Both the position numbers and the translations under genes were made by a program. Shown in pieces: positions 25,096-37,551 of a stretch of 64,000 nucleotides of DNA. Below the pieces are notes generated by a model. That model was not told the origin of the DNA, searched no databases, and saw only the letters and a program-made list of their open reading frames with translations. Numbering within the stretch: position 1 is the stretch's first letter; each line of letters begins with the position of its first letter. The stretch is taken from assembly GCA_002104945.1 (NCBI GenBank), contig MCFH01000020.1:558001-622000 (forward strand), read 5' to 3'. Source of the DNA: Piromyces finnis finn (taxonomy: Eukaryota; Fungi; Neocallimastigomycota).

Positions 25096-27096
25096 TATTT
25101 TTTATATTATTTTATTAGTTTTTTTTTTCGTAAAAGTCTATTATTATTAATGTAGGGATTTTTTTATCGTTAAATTATTGTATAAATAAAATTTTTTATT
25201 ATTTCAAAATTACTTGACTTTAATTATATTAAATTAGTTTTTATTAATTTGTATTTTTTTTTTTATTTCTTAATAAAGAACTATAATTAAATATCTATAA
25301 AAATAAATTAGATTAAAATAATACTTTATTATTAAATTATTATATATTAATTTAGTTTATTCCGTACTAATATTTATTATTCTCATATATAAACAAATAT
25401 AATTATTAGTTTTTTTCTTTATTATTATTATTATTGTTTTATTTTATTTATTTCTTTATAATTTAAAGCAATGCAATTATATATAATAGTTTTTTTTTTT
25501 TTTTATTTTATTTTTTTTTTTTTTACTTTTCTATAATTTAGGGGAAATTACATTATTTATATAAAATGTGTTTAATATAACAATCTATAAAAAAATTTTG
25601 TTAGTGTAACATTAAGTTTTAATCCATCCATCCACCCATTCTCTTTTTTTTTTTATTTTATATATTACATATTTAAAAATAAATATATTCTATTATGAAT
25701 TAATTTTACATTTTTATATTATGATATTTTAATATAATGTAAATTAATTATATTATAATGATTATATTCATTATATAATAATGATATAATCACAAAAAAA
25801 ATACTTTAAATATTAATATAAATAAACAAAAAAATATAATATTAATTAAAGTTTACCAGTAAAGTTCATTGATATTTTTAAAAAAAAAAAAAGAAAATAT
25901 AAAAAGTCAACATTTTTATAATAAATTATTTTTTGAAATAATGTAAATAAATAATATTTCTTATTAATTAAACCAATAGAAAAAGATATAATTTCTGGAA
26001 ATAAATATAATTTTTTTTAAAATATTTTAGCATGAAATTATTTACTTTTTTAAAATTTATTTTAAGCTAATAAGATAATATTTCAAAATTTTAAAATTAG
26101 TTTAATTATTTATAAAGTAATTCAATTGCCTAGAGTTTGGGTAGTTGACTTGCCATTACGTTTAAAAGCAATTTATTCTATTTTATTATTAAACTTTATT
26201 TATAAATAAATTTTTATAGCTATCCATAAAAAAATTGATATTCAATAATTTTAGTATTTGTGTAACATATAAATATATATATTAATATTAATTCATAATA
26301 TAAGTATTAATTGATTTTGGTAAAGTTTATTTATTAATAATAATTTTTAAATTAAAAAAAAATACATATTAATATATGTTTTTATATATTGAAAAATTAA
26401 TAAAATTAATATTCAAATATTTAATAAAAGTTTTTAATTAAAATGGTAATTGTTGTGTAATACATAATAAAACTTTATTAATTATTGTTTCAATTAATTT
26501 TTATAATTTTCTTCTCTATTTTATTATTTGTGAACCTTTTTTTATATTAATATTTTATTTTTTATTAATCCTTATAATATATTTAAATTAGGTTTTTTTT
26601 TTTTCAGATATTCTAGAACCTTTTTTTACTGTCGCTATTTATCCAGTAATTTAGTTTAAACTATATAAAGAAGGTTGATTGTGAGGATCTTTCATTAATA
26701 GAAAGAATATTATTAAAAAAAAATAGTAATTGTATTTATTTTTATTCTTTTATTTACCTATTATAAACTCATTTGACGTTGATCAAAATAAAATATCACT
26801 TTATTAAAGTAAAACTTTTTTCTATGATGATATATACATAAAATAAAATAAAAAAAATAAAGAAATGTAATGTACAGTCATAATAATTATAATTCTATGA
26901 TCTATGATTATGATTACATATATAATATTTAAATATTTAATAATAAAAGAAAATAAAATGCGATAGTTATGCTTATTACATGTATGAATTAAAATTTATG
27001 TCTATTTTATATATATTTTTGAATATTACTTTGCTGATTATTATATAAATTATTATTATTATTATTATTATTAATAAATAAATAAATTTTTTTTAT

Positions 27097-30000
27097 TTAT
27101 TTAAACTCAATTTTATATTTTTGACTTAAGGATGAATTAATATTGAACTCTTCTGAATATGAAATATTCAATGATTTATTTCTTTCAATACTATTCTCAG
27201 AATTTCCACGATTTTTTTCTTTTTTTATTTTTTCCATATATCTTAATTTGGTAAAGAAGAATGAAATGATAAACATTATTATTACTGGAGGCAAAAAGGT
27301 AGCACGATAGGCAAAATCAATGGCATTCGCATAATATTGTTGTCCATTTTCTAAATGATCTAAATTATTAATAGAACCTTTTTTTTTTTTTTTTTGTGTA
27401 TTTAAATTATAAATAGATATATAACAGTGTGAGTAAATATTAATTTTATTCTACTACTATTTTAATTAAGGATTATTATATTATACCATTTTTAAATGAA
27501 GGATGATCATTTTTATAGTTTCGGATAAAATCATTCTTAAGCATCATACTATATAACAAAAAACAAAAATTATTAAATTTTTAGAATTTTAAAGATGTTA
27601 AATTAATATTATACGTGCTATAATATTTTTTTTTAGTATATTACTCAAAAACGGCTACACCAACAATTCCACCTATCATACGGAAAAATAATGAAATTGC
27701 TATGGATACTGAATTTACTATGAAAAAAAAATAATAAATAAAAATATTATTTTAGTTAACAGTATACTATTTTAAATTATACTATTTATATATTAATTTT
27801 TATTCTACATTTTAATGGAGATGAAATTTTTGCAAATTCTAATGAAAATTGTAGTGGTATAACTATTGAAATACTGAAAAAAATATAAATGAAAAACTCT
27901 ATATAGTATGGTGTATCTTCTTTAATATAGGATAAAAACAAACAACTAAAGAATAATACAAAGGCACCCGCTATTATAAATTCTTTAATGTGCCCAATTT
28001 TTTGATTTATCCAACTAGTCCCTATAAGTGAAATGGTTATTATAATGCTGTTATTTGATATTATATTATGTAAATAATATTTTATAAAATAAGTTGAAAT
28101 ATGAATAATTAATATAAATAATAATAAATATAAAATAATAATTATTTGTTTAATATTGATTTTACAAAACAGGTGATATTCTTAAACCAGTCATTATAGC
28201 AGAATATCCATTACCATCTTCTAATATATAAAAATGAAAAAAAAAATAATAATAATAATAATTTTATATTTCTGTTAGAAAGCCATAATTGTATTAAAAA
28301 TTTTTATAGATAATATATTATATTATTTAATAGAAATTAAAGATTAATTTATTATGATATTTACGATAGACCATGGAAAAGGTACTATTGAATGTGATAA
28401 AAATAATACCAGATAAAAAAGACACAATAATACTAATACATACATTTTTCAATTTAAATATACTAAATGGAATAATTGGTTCTTTTGAAATTTTATATTC
28501 AATAAATACGAAACAACACAATAAAATAAGAAATGAACAAATCAAAAACAAAATTATTTTTGATGACCATTCATACATTGAACCTATATTATAATTTCAT
28601 AATATATTATACATATAATTTTTTTAAAAATAAATATTTAATATTAAATATATTTCTTTAATTATATTTGTATATCCTACCTCCCCAATTTAATGTATGT
28701 AATAAGCATATCATAGTAACTAATGTGTAAATTAAAAATTATCATTACTATTTTATTATTATCATTTATTAACAAAATATAACTTTTTCTTTTATAGCTT
28801 TAATTACCAATAAAAAAGAAGGTTCCCGCGAAATCAATTCTTTCAATTTTATCTTTAATGTTACCCGGTGAAAAGGGTATTTTAATGTTAAAACCAATAC
28901 CAAGCATTGATATTAGACATAAAAGAATGTTAATGAAAAATCCCCATCTCCATCTAAAAATATAAATTAAATAAATAATAAAGAAAATATTATGATAGAA
29001 TAAATAAAATTATTATTTAAATCTTTAATATTCTAGATATCATTTATACCATTTCATTTTATATTTTTTAATCATAAAGTTAACGTGGAAAACAAATACG
29101 TACGAAAGAGTTTTAATTAAGATGCCGTTAATTAACGGACCAACAGCAAAGGCTAAAGAAAAAGTTGAATTTAAAAGACCAAAATATATTTCTCTTTTTT
29201 TTTTTTTTCAAATTGTTAATTTTTTTTAGTATTCAATTCTATTATTTATTAATTAGTATGGAAAGAAATTAAAATTACCTATTTTTTATTGGAATTATAT
29301 CTAAACAAATAGTATAAGCTAATGAAGCTATACAACCACCACTTGCCCCTTGAAAGACTCTTGCTATAGCTAGTATATAAAAGTGTATTGTAGCTATTAT
29401 AATAAAATGTTGTTTTTTTCATTAATTTCCTAAACTATTATTGAATTGTTTTAACTTTAATTTTAATTTAGATAAAGCCTACCACCACAAATAATTGAGC
29501 TTATTAAAAAAATTAACAATGCAAACTCTATTAAATATTTTTTCCCTATAATATCAGATACTAAAAATAATAATATACATATATATATAGAATAAATACA
29601 TTAACTAATTAATAAATAAATGAATATTTAAATTAACTATAATATACTTTTTTTTTATAATATTACATTTTCCACAAACTTTTAACAATTTAATTTTTTT
29701 TATATATTATTTTTCAATATTCGATTTGTTTATTTTTAAAAGTTTAAAAGTATATAATTAGTATTTTAATACAAATTCAAATAACATTCTTAAAATATAT
29801 TTTTAATAATATAATATTTATTGAATTACCTGGTTGTATAGTGGTGTTAGCTAAAAGGTAAGCGACAACAACCCACATATAACTATCATATTCATTAAAT
29901 TCATTTATTATTAACGGCAGTGACGATGATATAACAGTAATATCTAAACTAACCATAGCTAAACTTGTAACTTTTTATTAAGTATATAAAATTGAAATAA

Positions 30001-30536
30001 TTCATAACCATATTTTAATATGGAAATAAAATATTAAAATATATGTAATGATAATATTTATATAAGAAGTAATTATAATATCATAAAGAAATTTAAATTT
30101 TAAATTTAAAAATTATAAATATGGAATAAAAATATAAAATTTGCTAATTATTTTATTTAAATTTAACTTACTTAAAGAAATAAATACAATATAGAATTGT
30201 TTCTATGGAATATATGAATAAATAAATATAAATAAATAAAAATGGTAAATTTGAATAATTTATGTATATTTTTTATTAATATAAATATTATTGTTATTAT
30301 AATTTCATTCATTCATTCTTTTTTTTTTTTTTTATTTGTTTACTTATACTTTCAATAATTACTTTAGAAAGTTCAAGGTTTACATGGTTTGAATTTGTAT
30401 ATCCGTTTTCATGTGTTTTAAGGCTATGTATATCGTTCATTGTATAGGTTTCATTTGTAGTATTTATATCTATAATATCAATTTCATTTATTTCATTTTG
30501 CTTATCTTCATTTCCATTTAAAGTGGTGTCACTCAT
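27097..30536 (-). CDS. MFS DHA2 transporter paralog 2, intron-rich and divergent
   Basis: Exons splice in frame: MVSLDITVISSSLP, WVVVAYLLANTTIQP/VCGK/LSDIIGKK, ARVFQGASGG, FAVGPLING...LS/WRWGFFIN, RIDFAG, LNWGG, EPIIPFSIFK. Later exons were checked less carefully. Confidence 0.85.
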
Positions 30537-31597
30537 TATAAAACATTAACTTTTTTAGATTTATTTATTTTAATATAATTATTATTGTTATTTTTTCTAT
30601 TTTTTATAAGGTGTATATAGGTATTTTATCTTTAAGATTTTGTAAATATAAATATAAATGAAATCTTAAACTCTATCAAAAATATATCTAAACTTTTTTT
30701 TTATCAATATCTATCAAAATATCAAATTTTTATTTTTAAATTTTTTGATTTTTCTTTTAATTTTTTTTTTAAAATTTTTAATTTTTTTTGTGTAAAATTA
30801 ATTTATTGACCAATAAAATTAATAAACTTTAAATTCTTTTTTTTTTTTTTGGAAAAAAAGATAAACACTTTAAATTTTGGAGAAAAGGGTAAAAGAGGAT
30901 AGAATATTCAATAATTTTTAAATAAAGAAAATATGTATAGTTATCATTACTCTTTAAATAATAAAAAAAAAAGTAGATTTATTATTACTTTTATTATATT
31001 TTAATAATAAGGAAAACTTTTTTAAGGAAACTCTATATAAATGGATCATCAAGTCAATGCCTAATATTACTTTTATAAATACTTTATCATAATAAAAAGT
31101 TACAAGAGAAATAATTATACAATTCTTTTTATTAAAAAAAAAAAAAACTTTGAAAAAGAAATAAATAATGATAGGACTTAGTATTATTAATACAAGATAT
31201 CTATTAATTGAATATGTAGTGGTTTAATTTTAAATTGTTGGAACCTTACTGTTATTTGATATAAAAAAAAATTAAATAAAAAAAATATTTTAATATTATA
31301 TAGCATTATTATAAAGTCACCTATACTCAACTTTATTAATATATATAGTTATATAATTATATATATTTATATAGCATGGCTATTCCAAGTATATTAATTA
31401 TAAAGAGTTTTATTTAAAATTATTTATTAAATAAATGAATAGTATTTGATTTTTTCATATTATTTTTTATTTATTTATTTATTTTATATTTACAATTTTA
31501 CAATTTTATCTTTCTTTAGATACTAACAATTACAATGGTACATATTACAAAATTTATATAAATATATATAAATAGCTATAAATGATTTAAATTAGGT

Positions 31598-32470
31598 TTA
31601 ATAATTAGCGATTTTTTCATTGTAACTATCCATTATTTCTTCATACTTTTCAAATGGAACAAGGAAATAATATTTGGCAGCATCAAGCTTTTTTATTTCT
31701 TCCATTTCTTCTGGGGTTAATTCAAAATCAAAAATATCATAATTTTCTTTTATATGAATTGGATTACTAGATTTTGGAATAACAATATTTCCATATTGAA
31801 TATGCCATCTTAAAATAATTTGAACATTAGTTTTATTGTATTTTTGTGCTAATTTTGTGAAAATAGATTCATCAATTAAAGTCTTATCACCATGACCAAT
31901 TGGGTAATAGGCTTCAATAAGTGTTTTATATGGAGCAAGAGCATCTCTTAATTTTTGTTGAGTTTGGTATGGATGACATTCACTTTGACATACAGCTGGA
32001 TAGATTGTGGCATTCTTTAATAATTTATCTAATCTTTCAAAATCTTTATCAAAATTGGAAATACCAATAGCTTTAACTTTACCATCTCTATTTAATTTTT
32101 CTAAATCTTTCCAAGCACCAACGTAATCTTTCATTGGGTGATGAAGTAAAACCATATCAATATATTCTAATTGTAATCTTTTAAGCATTTCTTCAACAGC
32201 CTTGTAAGTTATACCTTCACCAAATTCAAATGGCCATAACTTGGAAGTAACAAAAATTTCTTCTCTTGGAATTCCACTTTTCTTAATAGCTTTACCAACG
32301 CCTCTTTCATTAAAGTATGCATGAGCAGTATCAATATGACGGTAACCTAATTTTAAAGCTTCAATGACAGCATTTTCAGTGTTGTCATCACCATCAACAA
32401 GAAAAACACCTAAACCAAATTGAGGAATCTTTACACCATTGTTTAATTCTACGTAAGTTTGTTGAGTCAT
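31598..32470 (-). CDS. Aldo/keto reductase copy 1 (AKR5/2,5-diketo-D-gluconate reductase-like), intronless
   Basis: 290-aa ORF with the catalytic tetrad in GYRHIDTAHAY (D, Y), TSKLW (K) and LLHHP (H), plus AIGISNF, QSECHPY and the cofactor loop IPKSS. Confidence 0.95.
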   Translation of the reverse strand: MTQQTYVELNNGVKIPQFGLGVFLVDGDDNTENAVIEALKLGYRHIDTAHAYFNERGVGKAIKKSGIPREEIFVTSKLWPFEFGEGITYKAVEEMLKRLQLEYIDMVLLHHPMKDYVGAWKDLEKLNRDGKVKAIGISNFDKDFERLDKLLKNATIYPAVCQSECHPYQTQQKLRDALAPYKTLIEAYYPIGHGDKTLIDESIFTKLAQKYNKTNVQIILRWHIQYGNIVIPKSSNPIHIKENYDIFDFELTPEEMEEIKKLDAAKYYFLVPFEKYEEIMDSYNEKIANY

Positions 32471-33639
32471 TTTTAATTATTATCTATAGAATTATTCTAA
32501 ATTTATTAAAATAATAATAATAAAAACTTTTTTTTTTTTAAAAAAACAAACAAAAAAAAATTCAAAAATTTTAATTCTTTTATAGTTGAATTAAATTAAT
32601 TTTTAATGAAATTTTTAGCCAATAAAATAAGAAAAAGGGAATATCAATCATAAATTCAATAAATTAAAAAAAAAAAAAATTACTTTATTTAGCTTAAAAA
32701 AAGCTTAAGGGATTGGAAAATTTAGCTGAAAATATATTAATGGAAAATAAAAAAAATTGGAAGATTAAAGAAAAAAAGAAAAAAAATAATAATTTAAGAA
32801 TGTATTATTATATCTAAAAAAGAAGTATTCTTTATATAAAAAAAAAAGTACTTTGAAAAAATAAAGATGATAATAATCTTTTTTATTAGTAATAAAGAAT
32901 AGGTTTATTTTTTATTTCAATATGATTGATTGTTTTTTTTTTAATTTTGTAATAAACTATAAATACTTGTATATTTGTTATTTATATCATATTATTTGTT
33001 TTTAAATTTATTTTTTTATTATTAATAGTAGCAAATGTTTTAAAGCTTCTATAATATTAACTAATGTTATGAGACATGCATTTAAAATTAAATTTAATTA
33101 ATGTATTTTATTTTAGTAAAGTAAAAAGTGACACTATTATATTAATTATATTTGACTTTCGATGGGATCACAATTTAAGAGATAAAACTTAGTCATGGAT
33201 AAAAATTATAATCTCCATTGGTTGCTTTTGACTCTACTTTCATGCCTTACTGTTTCTTCAACTTGACACTTTTTAAAATTGCTGCTTTAATCCTCTTGAG
33301 CATTTATCACTGTTGGTCAATAACATAATAATGTTTTATGCTATTGACGGTCAACAACAATTAGTTTTCCTTATTCCCTTGAAATGTTATTGTTAAAATT
33401 ACTAAACTTAAGAAGGAATTTAAATAAATTTTTTACATAGTTAGAATTATAAAATACTAAGTTTTTACTAAAATACTTATAAAAATTTAAAGGATTAGAA
33501 TTGTTATCTTTACTATTTTCCATATATAATATTAATTGACAATATTAATGAGAGATTATTTAAATGATTTTTACTAAAATAATTAATATTTGAACTAGAT
33601 AATTATAATGTTTAATGCAGATATCATTAAATATTGAGC

Positions 33640-34800
33640 ATTCAGTTAACTAATATTGAATACTATGAATGTCACTTTTGCAACATGAATAAACTAGAAC
33701 TTATCATCTTTAGTAATTTTTACATTCAATTTATATCAGTTTCTCGTTTTCAATAGTTATTAGGAATCATATGAAAATACTAGGTGTTTATAACATAATT
33801 TAATGAAATTTTTAGTTTCTTTAAATATATTAACATTTCACATAATAATATTGTGTTAAATAATTTAAGAATAAAATATAAACCATGAGCATCGTAATCT
33901 GAAGTATCATTACCTGAAGAATTATTATCTGTAGCAATATTAGAATCATTACTTGATGAAATTAATGCTTTGTAAAATTCAATTGGAATACCATCCGGAC
34001 CTGATGCTTTATAATTTGAAGTAGAGAGGATAGCTGACTTAACTTCATCAATACTAATATCTTGATTGATATCCCATTCATCAAGTATAGGGAGTGAAAA
34101 ACGTTTATTCGTTGGTTCTTCATACCAATGCTCCAAATCAAGACTTACACCACTTGGATTAGATGCAAAATTTTTGAAATGATCATGCCACACTTCTAAT
34201 TGTTCTTCTGTAGCAACAACTAAATCTCCATTCTCGTTTTTAATTGGTTGAGCCATAAAGAAAGTATCTTTTTTTTTTTGCAGTTTTCTTGATCCATTTC
34301 CAGGCCTTTTTAGGATTATGACTCTTCATATACTCACAACCTATTTTAATCCAATGAGGATATATTCTTGTTTCCTAAATTCATTACATCTTTTGTGGAT
34401 GTAATTGATGAGCTTACGATAGATTTCAATTTTATTAATAAATCATGTAGAAAATTTTGTTGAAGTTGAATTTGATTAGATTGATGATATGAATATTGAT
34501 GAGATTATTGAATTGATTGTTGAAATGAATGTTAATGTTTATTAGAATACATTGGATTCTTACAAGAGAAGAATAGTACTACATGAATATATGAATAAAA
34601 GAAAAAATACAGCAATAAAATGTATTACTCTTCTAATTAAATACTATACAACTTACCTGAACAAATACTTAAATTCGATGAATAAATGTTTTTTAATCGC
34701 TCAGTACCATGAGCTAACCAAGCATCCATTGCGCAATGCTTGGCGTTATTTCTAATTGCACAGTACCATGAGCATGACTAGAGCCCCCTGAGAAACTTCA
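33640..34800 (-). mobile_element. Decayed non-LTR retrotransposon (LINE) ORF2 fragment, region just upstream of the RT domain
   Basis: ORF 33780-34256 contains PIKNENGDL, QLEVWHDHFKNF and ISIDEVKSAI..NYKASGPDGIPIEFYKAL, the K-A/S-P/S-G-P-D-G motif typical of LINE ORF2. Upstream, IGCEY...KKAWKWIKKT lies in a shifted frame across an A homopolymer. Downstream the RT start decays into stops. The outer boundaries are approximate. Confidence 0.8.
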
Positions 34801-35636
34801 TTTATTAAATAAATAAAGGCATGTTACCAAGGGGGGGATAAAGTACTGACATGATAACAAATTCTAATTGAAAGTTAATTGGAAAAAATAAAATAAATTA
34901 CTAATAAAAAATGTCAATATAATGAAAAATCATTTGTTTCTTTCTTTTTAATATAAGTACTAAAAAATATAAATAAATGTTACAATTTAATAGATAAAAT
35001 TTCTTACTTAGAATACTAAATGTAAATACTCATTATTTTTTTTCTACATTTTAATTATAGAATGATATTAACAAGTTCACATCGCTTGTTAACACTGTAA
35101 TTAATGTAATTAATTGACTTTAACTTTCATAAAATAAATATTTAAATTAATTAGCCTTAATTTAAAGCCAAGTTGAATGTAGAGTGAATCATTCTCTTAT
35201 AGGATAATCAATTTTAACAACACCAGTATAAAAATACAATAAACAATCCTAATATTAACTTCATAGGATTAGTACAAGAAATATGTATTATTACATGAAA
35301 GAAAAAGAGGGGAAAAAACAAAAAAAAAATAATTTATTATTTATTTTAATTAAATACATCAATAATCTCACAAACATACAACATATCCATATAAAAAGAA
35401 AAAAAACTTTAAACTCTATGGAAATAATATTTTGGTAGCTTAAAATTTATGAATTATAGAATGAATTTTATTTAAAAGAAATCATTATTTAACAAATAAA
35501 TAACAAATGAATGATATTTTTTATTTTCCTTTATTTTATTTTTATAATTTTATATTAACAATTATAACGATATATATTAAAAAATAAATATATTTAAATA
35601 TTTGAAATCTATTTTAAATTTTTGTTCAAATTATGT

Positions 35637-36509
35637 TTAATAATTAGCAACATTTTTATTGTAATCATCAATAATCTTTTCATATTCTTCAAATGAAACA
35701 TTGAAATAATATTTGGCAGCATCAAGCTTTTTGATTTCTTCCATTTCTTCTGGGGTTAATTCAAAATCAAAAATATCATAATTTTCTTTTATATGAATTG
35801 GATTACTAGATTTTGGAATAACAATATTTCCATATTGAATATGCCATCTTAAAATAATTTGAACATTAGTTTTATTGTATTTTTGTGCTAATTTTGTGAA
35901 AATAGATTCATCAATTAAAGTCTTATCACCATGACCAATTGGGTAATAGGCTTCAATAAGTGTTTTATATGGAGCAAGAGCATCTCTTAATTTTTGTTGA
36001 GTTTGGTATGGATGACATTCACTTTGACATACAGCTGGATAGATTGTGGCATTCTTTAATAATTTATCTAATCTTTCAAAATCTTTATCAAAATTGGAAA
36101 TACCAATAGCTTTGACTTTACCATCTCTATTTAATTTTTCTAAATCTTTCCAAGCACCAACGTAATCTTTCATTGGGTGATGAAGTAAAACCATATCAAT
36201 ATATTCTAATTGTAATCTTTTAAGCATTTCTTCAACAGCCTTGTAAGTTATACCTTCACCAAATTCAAATGGCCATAACTTGGAAGTAACAAAAATTTCT
36301 TCTCTTGGAATTCCACTTTTCTTAATAGCTTTACCAACGCCTCTTTCATTAAAGTATGCATGAGCAGTATCAATATGACGGTAACCTAATTTTAAAGCTT
36401 CAATGACAGCATTTTCAGTGTTGTCATCACCATCAACAAGAAAAACACCTAAACCAAATTGAGGAATCTTTACACCATTGTTTAATTCTACGTAAGTTTG
36501 TTGAGTCAT
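35637..36509 (-). CDS. Aldo/keto reductase copy 2, intronless; identical in protein to copy 1 except the last 21 residues
   Basis: 290-aa ORF with the same motifs as 31598-32470. Confidence 0.95.
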   Translation of the reverse strand: MTQQTYVELNNGVKIPQFGLGVFLVDGDDNTENAVIEALKLGYRHIDTAHAYFNERGVGKAIKKSGIPREEIFVTSKLWPFEFGEGITYKAVEEMLKRLQLEYIDMVLLHHPMKDYVGAWKDLEKLNRDGKVKAIGISNFDKDFERLDKLLKNATIYPAVCQSECHPYQTQQKLRDALAPYKTLIEAYYPIGHGDKTLIDESIFTKLAQKYNKTNVQIILRWHIQYGNIVIPKSSNPIHIKENYDIFDFELTPEEMEEIKKLDAAKYYFNVSFEEYEKIIDDYNKNVANY

Positions 36510-37551
36510 TTTTAATTATTATCTATAGAATTATTTTAAATTTATTAAAATAATAATAATAAAAACTTTTTTTTTTTATTTAAATAAATTATGCCTTTTA
36601 GTAAATGAAAGAAATAAAATATAATAATAAATTCAAATATTTATACTTTTTTCAAGAATAAAGTTAGCTTTAATGAATTTTTTTAGCCAATTAATATATT
36701 TTTTTGTTAGTTATTTCAACTAATAAAAAACTAACTTTATATATTTACAATAGAAAAGTTTAAAATCTTTAAGAAATGGAAATTTTGCGGAAATAAATCA
36801 ATGGAATATTAAAGAAAAAGAATTGAATTTTTATGAATCAACGGTTGGGTTATGAATAATAAATTAATAAATTTTAAAAATAATATATACTTTAAAGTGT
36901 ATAAAATATAAATCATAATGAATAATATAACAGTAATACTTTTTATTTTTACTATAATATACGCATATAAATACTTTAAAAAAAAAATAGTAATATTTTT
37001 TATCAGTAATAAATAAATTATTTATTGTGATTAAATGTGGTTAAAGTGGAGTTTAATCGGATTTTTTTTAATAAATATAAAAAAAACTTTTGAAAAAACT
37101 TTTTATTATTTTCATATTCAGTTTTTTTTTCTTTCTTTTTTTTTTTTTAAAAAAAATAAATATATATATATACATTTGTTCTGTATATTTTAAAATAAAT
37201 ATAAATTGTACATTATTACCTTTTCAAAAAATATTAAAATGTAAAAAAAAATTTTTATTGTAAAATACAAGAATATCATAGGGCTAATTAAAAACACTTT
37301 TGTATTTATTCATATCATATTACTTTATTTTTTAATGATAATTCTATAATACTTCCTTAATTTAACATAGAATTTTAACATTTGTTAAATAAATTAATAA
37401 TATTTTTAATTTTAGTATTTAAAATAGATCGTTATTTACAACTTTTTTTTTTTTTTACTCTTATTCTAGTACTTTATACTTAAATGGTATCTATTACAAT
37501 TTTCATATTATTCTATTACTTCTATTACATATTTATATTTATTTTTTTGTT

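Noticed and set aside
24779-25150. Plus-strand GGGPPIP-repeat ORF
   Set aside because: It is the antisense shadow of the coding repeat in MFS paralog 1.
34775-34860. TPP riboswitch suggested by CTGAGA
   Set aside because: The other conserved TPP elements are absent and no thiamine gene is adjacent.
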